Counted from the first letter of the whole stretch, positions 51,290 through 63,393 are shown. The stretch is 63,432 nt of DNA, filler included, from Choristocarpus tenellus KU-1152 (GCA_964200185.2; 10 parts of 10 records of this genome joined end to end with filler, not necessarily neighbours in it); one strand, 5' to 3'. Made by a program: numbers and translations. Notes: generated by a model from the letters alone, not told the origin.

Positions 51290-51410
51290 AGTTCCGACTC
51301 TGCCCGTCGGTTCCGACTTAGGGACTCCACTTCCGACTCTTCCAGTTGTTTCCAACATAGGGACTCCACTTCCGACTCTGCCAGTTGTCTCTAATAGGGA
51401 CTCCAGTTCC
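51290..51410. repeat. 39-bp minisatellite (~3 units)
   Basis: TAGGGACTCCACTTCCGACTCT.CCAGTTGT repeated; reads LETTGRVGSGVP on the minus strand. Confidence 0.8.
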
Positions 51411-53183
51411 AAATTAACCCGTGGATTCCAACAATGATCGACAAATTCCCTTGTTTCCTTTGAGAATGGATCTCCAAAAGTCGTAAGGCACAATCAAGAT
51501 CAATATATGTCTGACCAGATAAGAGTACATACTTTATTAATTAATATATAACTCCAACTAGGTCCAAAACAAGTCGACAAACATCCTTGTTTTCCTTGGG
51601 AAATATTTCCCTGGGTTCACAGAATACCATCAGAGTCAGCTTTCCTCTGGCCTAACCTGAGTATACGCTTGCTCTTTCTGAAACACACCTTCAAATTTTA
51701 CAAAGCATATACCTCTGACATCGCCTAAGATGAATGGGTCCTCAGTTCCGATCTCTCTAATCACAAACGTGACTAATTTATCCATGTTCCCTTCAAAGTC
51801 TCTCTAAGGTCACACAATACTATTACGTTGTTTCTCCTTAACTGGACCTTAAAAAGTTACAAAGTACATGGCTCTGATTAGGCCTATAATTCACGCGTCT
51901 TCTGTTCCAATCTTTATAACAGACGTGTGAGATAAAGAAATTATATATATAGAAAAATAGCAAATTTAAGATCACAGAGAGCAGTTACGACATGGAAAGA
52001 AAAAAAAAAATATATACATTGCCAAAATACTATCTTAATCAAAACTATTAAAAATAGTCAAAAGTCTTTTGTTAAATCAAAAATGGGTGTTATAGATACT
52101 GTAGATTTATGTACACCATATTATGCTCTTACGGTAATTGGTGGTCTGGACATATTATTATTTGCTTAACGAGCATGGACTAAACATAATATAAACAAAA
52201 TAATTTCCAGAGTCTAATATACAGGAAATATCAAAATATCTAAGATGCAGAAAATTCGATTATACTGTTTCAACTGATCATCTCAAGTTTTTGGCAGTGA
52301 GTGATTGTGCTCTTACTATATCTGGTACCAACATATTTGAAATTAATGCTTGTAAAATATATCATGAAACCAACTGATATACTTTCTAGTATCAGCTCTT
52401 GAAATTTTATCGAAGGGTATTTCTGCGATGGCGTCTTGGTCCTTTTCAAATACGAAAAGTCTTGACTCACTTAAGACGGAAAATAGTTCTTCTATTTAGC
52501 AAATCCAGGACTGTGAAGGTCCTAGAAGGCATAATAAACATCCAACTGTAGTAGGGTAAAGTTGTTCATTGCTTCTGTTTTTGTTACCTAGTCCGACAAC
52601 CATCTATCTTAGGTCTGAGTGTTGGGATCCTGAACAAAGGTACCCATGGTGACAGTGGGGTGGTTGGAGGCCGTGATCTTCTCTAAATTACAGTATGCTC
52701 AGTGTTGTCTACAAAATGTTGTTCTTAAAATAATTTGGTAAGGCAGCCCACCATTATTATCCCCAAAACCATATTGTGCACTTTATCCTCTGGGGGAAAC
52801 GCTATTGGAAGTATACATGACCTCAATACCTGTATTGTGGAACATTGCACCCTCTGGGGTTTGCTGCATTTAAGGTACCTTTGCCTGCTATGTTGAGCTG
52901 TGGTAATCAATTTTCACTCGTCCAAAGAGCAGTGATGCTCCAAAAAATAGACGAGACGTAATTCCCCTCTCCTACAACTCTGTCAAGAAGTGCCTAGACC
53001 GGCATTCTCGAGTGGGCCCTGCATGGGTGCCATAGCATGGCGAATATCTTTGAGGTGGGAATGGAAGTCTTAATGTCTATAGCTGGAATGACATGGATCG
53101 CTGAAGCTTCAAACTCCACGGCGCAACTTCAAGACTACTCTGCAGCATCCGAATCTGTTGGGTTTCTCACTAATAGTGGAGGG

Positions 53184-53846
53184 TGTTAAAACATAGGCTA
53201 CTCATCTATTTGTTCGTTGATAGGATACAGTTCCACCAGTCAACACTGATTGTTAATTGGTCTGTCACTAGTTCATCATCACCACATCAATTACCACCAG
53301 AACACCATAGTACAGAACAATCGCTATGCGTTCCACACGCAAGAATAGTACACTTCACTTGAGTTGCATCACATATTGATTCAACTTTGTTCTCTTGTTG
53401 TTTTTTCTTTCACTCTTTCTTCTTATCAGCAGAAGATGACAGTTGATTATTGATTATTATTTCTTTCGTGGCTGCCATTCATCTCTCACAATGCACTAAC
53501 CTCACTCTGCAGAAAGTGTACCAAACGCACACCTGGATGTAATATAATCAGAGTTAAAACCATCCGCAGAAAACCTTGCCAGCCAAGGTGACAAGCCTCT
53601 CCACAGACCATACACTTCTCTTGTTTAGTATCTCATGAAAGAACACTGGATTCACATCGCATCATTTTTTACTGACAGATCAATGACCTCGGTTACAACA
53701 GAATAAATACATGGGTGCTTTGCAGCACAATCACATCTATCCATAACACAGACTACACATTCTACTCATCGGTGCTTTGCAACACCATGATTCCTCATCG
53801 CTAGTAGTCTACGCATTTTGTTTACATGTAAGATGCATTCGATTCA
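53184..53846 (+). mobile_element. LTR family A copy preceded by a polypurine tract (3' LTR)
   Basis: AGTGGAGGG directly precedes TGTTAAAACATAGGCTACTC; interrupted near its end by a family 1 MITE (53847-53897). Confidence 0.8.
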
Positions 53847-54151
53847 GAGTGAAAGTATCTTAGAGGGTACGAGTTTTTCCCTGTTTGTCCATTTAGGNNN
53901 NNNNNNNNNNNNNNNNNNNNNNNNNNNNNNNNNNNNNNNNNTTAATTAATTAANNNNNNNNNNNNNNNNNNNNNNNNNNNNNNNNNNNNNNNNNNNNTGA
54001 CTGACGATGAACCAAACAAAGGAAACATGGCAACAACTTGGTAGATCAGAAGAGTCATCAGGCGATCATGGAACAACGACAACACTCAACTTACTTAGTT
54101 GCTTAGTTGATCAGAAGAGTCAGGCGATCATGGAACAATGACAACACTCTA

Positions 54152-54598
54152 TCACCCACCGTTGGCAATTAGCCTCTCTTTTGCTTGGTTGAACTCCATG
54201 TAGACCCGCATCATGAAAGCGCATTCGGGATCAAACTCTCTCTTCAACGCCGTTATTCTATGGTTTCCGTCCAGTGTTCGTCCTTGAACGGCAAGCGCAG
54301 TGTCAGCGGTGAGCTGGTCCCCGTTTCCTAAGCAGTCTCGATGAATGACGACGGACAGAGCAAACTGCTCAAGCCAGCCTTTTTCACGGATGGACTTGCT
54401 GACGCGCACAAGGCCACGTTCGCTCAGGGGACACACCATCTCCGTGCATGTGATGTTGCCGAGTTTCATCTTGTACTTGCCAAGGTAGCGATGTTCGAGA
54501 AGCGAGGACATGCCCTTGGCATTGCTGTACGACGCTCTCGATCCATGGGCAGCGCCATCGGCGGGCAGGGGGATCGTTGTTGAGCGAATCTTGGACAT
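54152..54598 (-). CDS. ParB/Sulfiredoxin-like N-terminal domain protein, first exon
   Basis: Open 148-codon ORF from ATG 54598 with VSKSIREKGWLEQ..LSVV and TLDGNHRITALK (ParB/Srx box I and DGxHR box II). Probable donor G|GTGGGT after 54160. Confidence 0.72.
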   Translation of the reverse strand: MSKIRSTTIPLPADGAAHGSRASYSNAKGMSSLLEHRYLGKYKMKLGNITCTEMVCPLSERGLVRVSKSIREKGWLEQFALSVVIHRDCLGNGDQLTADTALAVQGRTLDGNHRITALKREFDPECAFMMRVYMEFNQAKERLIANGG

Positions 54599-54707
54599 GG
54601 CGAAGATTGGGAGGGTGTGACGGGGATAAATAAGTAAGAGCTGCTGGTGGTATGTGCGGAAGGGAAGGAATGGAAATGAGGAGTGAGGGCTGGGAGGTGC
54701 TGCTTTA

Positions 54708-54966
54708 GAGAAAAAGTATCTTAGAGGGTACGAGATTTTCCCTGTTTGTCCATTTGGGGCTTGACTTCCCTCGGAATTTTTTATGACATTTTCCTACTCA
54801 AAAATATTTCGGAGTAGGTAAAATGTATACATTATGAAAAGGTGTGTCCGGAACAAGGATATTGACACTTCCTGACAAATAAGATACCCAAAATTATATG
54901 AAATTCGCAACATTGGATTTTGGCCCTCAAATGAACACGGCTCTACCCTCTAAGATACTTTGGCTC
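54708..54966 (-). mobile_element. MITE family 1 copy upstream of the ParB-like gene
   Basis: GAG..CTC ends, TSD TTTA on both sides. Confidence 0.9.
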
Positions 54967-55029
54967 TTTATTCATCTCGTTGGTCGGTCCCCAAAGAACT
55001 CAGATTTCTCTTTCCATTGATAGTTGTGT

Positions 55030-55985
55030 TACAAAAAATACAAATATCAAACGGTATACGATTTCATAATTAAAACAGATAGAGAGTATCAGTTTTTTTT
55101 TACCTTTTCGTTTTGGAACGTTTCAAACGTATTAGATCAATGAAGTATGTGGTTTGTATTTTTATTTGTTGATATTAATAATAGAATATTATTTTTATTT
55201 CATAAAATCCCTAATGCACGTGTTTTGGCGGTTCAAGGTTTCGGGTGGTCCGAAGGATCGCCCGAAACTCAAAAACTGCTTTTAAAAATACAAATGTCGA
55301 CAAAAAGCGGATTTAGTATTTTGAAAAATTATCGGGTACCAGTTTAAAGTGACCTTTTAGTTTCGGAACATTGGAAACGTTTAAGAACAATAAAGTACGT
55401 GCTTTGTATTTCTTACATTGTAAGAACGGATATAATCGGATTTACTATTTCTAAAAACCCTAATGCACGTGTTTTGGCGCTTCAAGGGTTTCGGGTGGTC
55501 CGACGGATCGCCCGAAACTCAAAAACCGCTTTTTTCCGACATTTGTATATTAATAAATAAAAAAAATACAAAAGTTGAACAATAGAAGATTTTATACTTA
55601 AAACAATTAGAGGGTGTCATTTTTTTTTAACTTTTGGATTCGGAACATTGGAAACGTACAAGATCAATTAAGTATGTGCTTTTTATTTTTTTTAATTGAA
55701 CTTACGAATAGAATCGAAGTTTTAATTTCTAAAAACCATAATGCATGTGTTTTCTGGATCATGGATCTCAGGGTGGTCCCACGGATTGCCCAAAGCTCAA
55801 ACATCGTTCATACGCCCGGCTTCAAATTCAATTCTATCGTGCCCAAGACCGAGAACAGATTAGAATCTAGTTTTTATTTCATCACAGCGAGAATAAACGC
55901 GTTTTCCAGAACACGGATTTTACTTTGGTCCGACGGGTCTCTTCAAACTCAAACATCGTTCACCCGGCTTCGAATTCAATTCACT
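55030..55985. repeat. AT-rich tandem array of ~250-280-bp units with a conserved GC-rich hairpin
   Basis: TAATGCACGTGTTTT..TTTCGGGTGGTCCGA(A/C)GGATCGCCCGAAACTCAAA at 55239, 55489, ~55767 (degenerate) and ~55920 (partial). Confidence 0.88.
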
Positions 55986-56027
55986 CCTAAACCTCACTGC
56001 CCAGACCGCCTGTTGCCCGAAAACACC

Positions 56028-56513
56028 ATGACAGTTGCTCCCACAGCAAGGGGGTGACTTTTGTCGCCTGTGCCGCCCCCTGTGTTGCCCCCTCATCAGC
56101 CCGCCAACATTGATGCGCTGGAGCTTTCTACCAATGACGCTTCAGCGACCGGCGCCAAGCTTCGCCGAGAATGGGCTCAACCCATCCCGGTCAACGAACA
56201 GGGTGACTGCTGCAAGTGCTTAGCCTGTGTGAAGAAGTTTGCGGCAGATAGCGAGTCCTTCCTTGCCCGCACGCTGGCCAAAGAGCAGGACATCATCCTG
56301 GCGTGTGAGAACTGCCGCGATTGCAAGCACTTCGTTGGTGACCATGTACCAGTCACTAAGTTGGGGCCTGGAGGCGGATCTATGCTCGCGGCCAGCATTC
56401 CCGTTTGTACGCAGTTTTTCAAGTCATCGTTCAGAATATCCAATCATGTCATCGACGCTCGCAAAGGTACACCTAACGCAAGAGCATCCTCCGGCGTGGA
56501 GAGATGGGTTTGA
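56028..56513 (+). mobile_element. Probable Sola-type DNA transposase N-terminal region (partial, one in-frame stop)
   Basis: CCKCLACVKKF..IPVCTQFFKSSFRISNHVI matches the CxC..C..F / VC..FF....IS pattern of Sola transposase N-termini. ATG 56028 is in frame, with a TGA at 56055. The catalytic domain is not in the contig. Confidence 0.5.
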
Positions 56514-56854
56514 TGTATGTACACAGTGTTATTTGTACCTGGTATTGTTTCGACGTACGACAAACCTGTTGGGAACGGCAAAAAGATTCCTACCAAGGTC
56601 TTGACAGTTCTACGGTCTGCTATAGAGGCAAGGGAAAGGGGGGGTTTTGTGGGAGAAGGACAGAAGACTAAATTCAAGGGACGAGGAGAGGGGAGGGGNN
56701 NNNNNNNNNNNNNNNNNNNNNNNNNNNNNNNNNNNNNNNNNNTTAATTAATTAANNNNNNNNNNNNNNNNNNNNNNNNNNNNNNNNNNNNNNNNNNNNCC
56801 CCCCCCTTCCCCCCCCCCCCCCCCCCCAATGAATGTGTGGCATGATGTGTGAAG

Positions 56855-57660
56855 GAGACAGGTGCAAGAGTAAACTTCAAGTTCACCTCCTGCAAGGCGA
56901 AGTATGGGAGCCTGACCGTGCCTTTGCCGCCCATTGGGAAGGTGATCATGTGTGTGAAAGAGGAAGAAGAAAAAAATGCACTCAAAACTATTGTTTTCTT
57001 TTTTGTGTTGTGTTGTGTTTGTCGCCAGCAATAGAGAGTTAACCCTGACTCTTACGTGCGATCTTCTTGTTATTTTTTTTATATACATTAGTATTTTTTT
57101 TGTTAAAATCTATCATCGTATTCTCCCACGGGACGGTTTGAAGTACATGATGACGAAGTGGTACAACCATTGCAGGTGTCGATAAAAGGTACGGCTGTAT
57201 CAATGGGGCGCTTGATTCGACACACAGCTGTAGCAGAGCGCCAAACCCTAAGCCATGTCCAGTAAGACCGTTACTGAGTGTTTCTGAAGCTAAGGTTGTT
57301 TTAGTGACCAAATATCAATGTGAAGAACATAATGTATTCTGCTTGGTACATTTGTGCTTGCCTGTCAGTGCCTACTAGGATACTCCTCCACATCAGCAAG
57401 TGTGAGTCACTGTTCATGTGACACAGTACAGCGTAGGAGGTGATACGATCCGTAACCATTCATGTCCAATGTGTTCCTCATTTTGTTTGGTCTAGACACT
57501 GACGGACAAACTTGTTTGTACATACTGCCTTCAATACCCGATTCCTCTTCTGCCCGGGCAGGGGTGGTTCGAGAATGTCTACCTGGATGAAGACTTCCGG
57601 GTGTCCAAGGACGTGCGGGGAGATGTTCAAGTGGCTGTAAAGCACAAGGATGTTGAATAA
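56855..57660 (+). CDS. Plastid lipid-associated protein/fibrillin (FBN9-like), last two exons
   Basis: Exons ~56855-56941 (RVNFKFTS..VPLPPIGK) and 57562-57660 (GWFENVYLDEDFRVSKDVRGD, stop); typical PAP/fibrillin C-terminus. Confidence 0.85.
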
Positions 57661-60385
57661 TGGGCATGGATTTCTTTTTGTCTAGAAAATTGTTGCGTTT
57701 TTATCGCTGAACTGTAACAGGCGGTGTCACACCCTTCTTTCTTTTTTTTGCAAATGATGTGTCACCGTGTTTAATGTTTTGGAACAATACGTCACGAAAA
57801 TAGTGAAAAAGATGAAGAATTTGTTTTTAAATTGAGAAATAGTTTTTATGCATTTTGGGACCCCTAATAATATTTATAAATATTTCTCCCACCTCCTGTT
57901 AGTCTTTCCCCTCCCTTTAATAGTCAAAGGCACTTAATAGCACAATCTCCATTGACCACAAGGCAGGGACGGCATGGATGGGTTGAGGGGGAGGAGGAAT
58001 GTGAGATACCCCACAGGGATGTACAGTCCCTTGCGAGTCTTGTACCATAAACATGACCGAGGCAGTCTTATTATGAAACCTCATTGCATGATTTTCCGCC
58101 AGAGACTATTTACCTTTGACCTCCCAATAAGGCTGCAGGCGCCATGCAGAGACCCGGGTGTTGGACCGACACTGCAGGCAAACTGATAGGTTTGTTTGCC
58201 TAGGGGGCGCCATCAGTGTTGAAGCTCGTATCACTGCTAAGAAAACAGTTGATACCTCTCTACATTGTGCCAGGCAATCTCCACGACCTGAATGTCGGCG
58301 ATAACACTGAGCGACCCAAGTGCGACCAGGATAGAAGATGCGGAAACATCGATGCCATAAGAGTTCGTGACATCAAAGAGGACTCGAGATCATTCTGAGC
58401 ATTCTTTGTACAGTTTGCTGATTGAAGAATGATATGGTTCAATGAGATGCATATACGTCAATGATGAGATACAAGAGGCAGCTCCTCATCTGCATTGAAT
58501 ACATAGTACTACAATTTCCCATCGAAGTTATAGTACTGTAGCAATCTTGACAAGTTATCCAAGGCAGAGTTCGAACGTACCCATGTGTAATGCGCTGATC
58601 TTACTCCTCACAACCAGTTTTGGTTGTCCCACAGAAGCATCTCAAGGTCTACCTCTTCCAGAAATATTGGGGTGGAGATCAAGAGTCCAGGGCCCAAGGG
58701 TACACTTTCCAAACGAGAATATTGCTCTCCATACAGTAAGATTTTAAAAATATTTATAAAGTTGTGAACGATATTGACTAAGAATTTAAGGATCTCGTAT
58801 GTACCATTTTTGCATACTGCTGCAATTAGTTGTAGAATGCATTCCATATGTGTACTACACATGGAATTGACAAAAATGTTTATGCTCTTCTACTACACTC
58901 ATAACTATCTGTACATTTGTAGAAGCATCAAGCAGACACAATGGTATTCTGTAACACTCAAAACTATCCACTGTGTTGTGTACTGCAGAGTATATACACT
59001 TGAAGTAAGGAAAGTAGCTTCCTACTTGGAGAAAACAGTGCAGAGCTCCATATAGTCGACAATAAACACACGCTTCTAACTTAGTTGTGCTCTTCTAGTT
59101 CCTGGCTATGTCCAGTTGTATAAAACAATCGTTTGATATACACCCTGTAAAAAAGAATTACTAATTATGTGTGGACAATGAAGAAGCACACATGGCATAC
59201 AATATTTATGAACCCTTACAAATGAATATTCCTTCTGAAACAAGGAAGGGAGGAAGGCACAATATATACACTTAAACAAGGTGGATGAGGCGAGGTATGT
59301 ATCGAAGAAAAAACCTCCGGTGGGGCTCAGCCTTGCAGTTCATAGTTCATACAGGTCTACAATGACAAAGACCTCTACCAGAGCCGCTGCTTTACTGTAA
59401 TGGCAGGCTGCGACCATGTCTCAAAAAGGGCCCACTCTGGGGACTGGGTCAGTCATCTTACCCCTTGATACAGCAATCTCAAATTAAAAATGGTCCAAGG
59501 GGATGTCGAGATGGAGAAAACTCGTCTACAACCTCAAACAAGGAGAAATCAGTTCTCAGTACTTGGAAACAAAGGAAGGACAGGGCGTTGAGCAAGTACC
59601 AGCACTATCACTTAGTGATTACTGCATACTATTACTAGTTCTCTGTGAGTACTCAATACATTGTACAGCTCTGCTCCAGGGCCCAGTCAACGCACTTTGA
59701 GATATATTATACTTTCAATTACCTTGACATATCTATACCACAGGTGTATGTATGACTCAACACTAGTCCAATGAACATAGTACTAACCTAGTTCGCTCTG
59801 CAAACTTTAAGGATAGTTCCACAGATCAACATTGTGATACGGTTGTACACATCAAAAGGGGTAGAGAAGAGAGGAAGTAGCTTCTACAAGCAGGTTGAAA
59901 AGCACCAACACCGCCACAATTTGACTCAATCCAATTTGATATTCTAGTTTGAAATTGTATCCATCACCTCTTCAAAAGAGACTTCTTTTGAAACACCATC
60001 AATCTAAAGGGTGGTGAATTTCCCCACTTTGAATGAAGAAAACAAAGCGTTTTTTCTGGTCAACACATGAAAAATTTCATGCATATGGGGAAGGTACTCA
60101 ATATCTGTATGAAGGGAACGTACAATACTATGTACTCAAGAAATGACAACATCGATAAACGTGTACTTTGTGTAGTAAATGCTTAAATGGAACCAGTCAG
60201 TGTAAATTGTAACAGAGAATTGAAATGCCGTGAGGAACAACCCTGAGTTCAAGGTGGGTTCACCAAGGCTTGTTCTGCAACCCGTAGGACATTCTGATTA
60301 CTGCTGTATCAGCTAACAAGCACCTCCAATGTCATCAAGTACTCTAGCTGCAAGAATAGATAAAAGACTACACCACCTGGTGCCA

Positions 60386-60556
60386 GGGCTCAAAAGTATC
60401 TGGGAGGGGGTAGCGGCTGTCCATTTCGGGTCAATTTTTTCGTGTCGCGATTTTTGGGTGATTTGGTTGCATATGTCGGATGGATAGTGTACTACACACC
60501 TTTCCTGATTTTGACCCAAATGGACACCCTGGTGTAGAACCCCCCCCCCCCCCCCC
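60386..60556 (+). mobile_element. MITE family 2 copy running into poly-C at the contig edge
   Basis: GGGCTCAAAAGTATCTGGGAGGGG..AAATGGACACCCTGGTGTAG. Confidence 0.85.
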
Positions 60557-62242
60557 NNNNNNNNNNNNNNNNNNNNNNNNNNNNNNNNNNNNNNNNNNNN
60601 TTAATTAATTAANNNNNNNNNNNNNNNNNNNNNNNNNNNNNNNNNNNNNNNNNNNNCAGTCAATTTTGGGTCAAGCCCATCCTCAATGAAAAGCTCCATC
60701 CTCAATTTTTGAAATCGGCTGTTCATTATATGCACGAACTGGTCAATAACATTTTTGAGATGTGTTGGGGGAAAGGAAAGACAAAGATATGACTGAAAAA
60801 GTTTTACAAGAGAGTGTCACTTAAAAAAAAAAAGTATCTCCTCTATAAAACGCGTTTCTTAGAGTTCTATCAAACATTCACTAGAGAGATGGTAGGTGCT
60901 TATACGAACCAATTGTTCCCATCCACTACTTTTATGCCTCCAACCTAGCCCTACGAATGTTGGTGAAGAGCGAGGGGAAAATCCCAAGATTCTGTGAGCG
61001 ACTTTCGTGACCACTGGTTCAGGGTGTCCAGATTGAAACGCATAGATGCATGATATGCCTCAAAATAAAGGCCAAATCTGTGTGGAAATGGGCACCCTTG
61101 GACACTGGAGGATGGCTGCCCGTTCACTGTGGAGAAGGACTTCTACATGTATGTAGTATGTGATGTTCCATCCATGGCCATTGTTATCGGAGGCTGTCTC
61201 AGTCCTCTATTGCGACAAGGTTCTATTTCTGGGTGCCACCTTTTGAGGTCCAGTCAGCCTGCTTGCTACCTCGACAACTCATCCACCAGCAATGTTGCTC
61301 CTGCTGTGGCACCCCAAGGCATGAAAGTGCATCAACTACAAGAGATCCTTCAATCCATGTAGCTTAAATATCTCAACACCCTTCTTTTGTGGTGGAACGT
61401 TTTTGGGTGCCCCAGTAAAGAAGCAGAGAGCTTCCTTGATGAGTTTGCCACACATACACATGTAGTAGGGGGGAGAGGAGAAAGGGGCTGTCAAGAATTG
61501 TTTGAAGCAGATAGTATCTAACTGCACAGACCGGTAACTATGGCCGATACTGTCCCCCAAAACATGAGCAAATGCCGAAGAAACATCGGTAAAATGATAT
61601 GAAAATGTCCTTAAAACGTCCCCCAAAACGCGTCACAATGGTCCGAACATGATACGAAACGTTTCCGGAATAATGACGCCAAATTGATTCGAAAATAATG
61701 TGAAAGGGTTCTGTAATGACGTAAAAAGAGTTATAAAATGGTTCGGATATGAGGTGAGAAATACTCTGTGATTTCCAAGTCTGGCGGTGTTCCCCCTAGT
61801 TCTCCAGTGCACATCATGAACTCATCCTGAGCTCTCCTTGTTATCCTGGCACCATAACCTGCCAAAGTATGTGAACCTCTGCCGAAACTAGAACAGGAGT
61901 GGTTGTACCAGCCAAGTCAACTCAGCCTTGACCAATCAATGATCCCTACCAGGGCGTCCAAGGGGACTCCTATGAGATGGTGGCATCGATTGGCAATCCA
62001 GGCACTTGTGCAGTGAGATCAATGGTGGTTCGATATGACATTTAAAATTATGCCGCCACAAAGCATAGACATGGTACAACAGAGGGGCATAACAGCGTTG
62101 GTGTAGTTGGAGGGGATTCCGCCGTGAATATGCAAACTGCTGCTGCCTTGCTCTGATATGACTGCAGTTGTTGAGGTACTTGACATTTAACAGATAATGA
62201 ATAACAATGAATGATAATGTCACACTGCCCTGGAAATTGTAG

Positions 62243-62585
62243 GTATTCATTGCAGGCGGTGGTGATGCATGCTGGCAGCCACTCTTGTCAGGGTCATTAC
62301 TACAGCTATACAATTCGTACCTTGAAGGACGAGAGGGGTGTATCTGCGTGTGGATCAAAGTGGTTGAAGATGGATGATTCTCGGGTGAGCTCAGTAGAGG
62401 AGGATGAAGTGCTGCATGACGCCTATGGGGGGTATGTGGATATGGGTACAACGGGGGCTTGCTGGGGTGGGGGACTCCAATGGCTACTTAGAAGTTTGGA
62501 CTGGGGGAGGCAGAGGGAGGCACGCAAGGTGTCAGCTTACATGATGCGGTATGTGAGGGAAGAGGTAGGCAAGAGGTTTGTGTAA
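62243..62585 (+). CDS. Ubiquitin-specific protease (peptidase C19), last exon with His box
   Basis: Acceptor TTGTAG, then YSLQAVVMHAG..GHYYSY..WLKMDDSRV..SAYMMRY and a stop. Confidence 0.88.
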
Positions 62586-63393
62586 GCAGATATGCTACTA
62601 CTTAAGATTGTATATATCTGGAGCATTGGTGAGTAGTAGTATGGAAGACCTTACTGCTGTTGCATTCCCTTGCATAAACTATCCTTCTGTGATGGGTTGT
62701 CATCATAGTTGTGTCTGATAATAGTTCGTAATGGTGTATATACATGGGATTGAGAAGTTAAAGGAGGTGGCAGGGCAAATGCATAATTCTGTTGACTCTT
62801 TGCGGATTATAAGGGCTATTAAATTGTCGCGTATGCTTATGTTCTGTCATGCAGGCCATGACGTTGGGTATTGTCCTGTTGTACAGTCAGTTCAGTTTGT
62901 GTGGGAAGGGATAGATCTAGAGAGGATGTCTCAAGGAAAGAGAAAATCCATACATCCTACTGTAGCATAGTTGTGAATGTCATGGTTAAAAAGGGGTAGT
63001 ACAGCAGTAGAGCTATGGCAGATAATACAAAATGTCCAGAATGGCTAGATCTATTGTGGGATGGTAGTTAATGTAGCTTGTACCACGAAAGCTTTTTGGT
63101 TGTTCACTTCACAGATTTCTCCTGGCAAATATGTTGATGTCTACAACATGAATGGTAATGTTCTGGTACATGCTAAGTGGTAGCATCATCATGCAGACTA
63201 ATATTACCATTATTGGATTATATCATTCATATCGTGAATGCTGCTGTCAATTCAGAATGATGCTTGTGAAATACCCCAACCTACTGCCTGGGAAACTTCT
63301 CACATTTGAAGAGTTAGCTGTTTGATCGGCCACGTCCTGCACCAGATCAACAATAGCAACAAACTAACCCTAAATCGATTTTGAATCTATCTG

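Noticed and set aside
54040-54150. ~65-bp tandem duplication downstream of the ParB-like exon
   Set aside because: Only two copies in a presumed intron; an ordinary local duplication.
55030-55985. CRISPR-like array (hairpin repeats separated by spacers)
   Set aside because: The spacers are ~220-250 bp and homologous to each other, no cas genes are present, and the context is eukaryotic.
57960-59700. Possible exons or TE coding fragments
   Set aside because: No frame gave a recognisable motif or a consistent splice chain.
19907-60656. Regularly recurring TTAATTAATTAA flanked by Ns, and ORFs running into X residues
   Set aside because: Artificial contig linkers. Gene neighbourhoods across them are meaningless.
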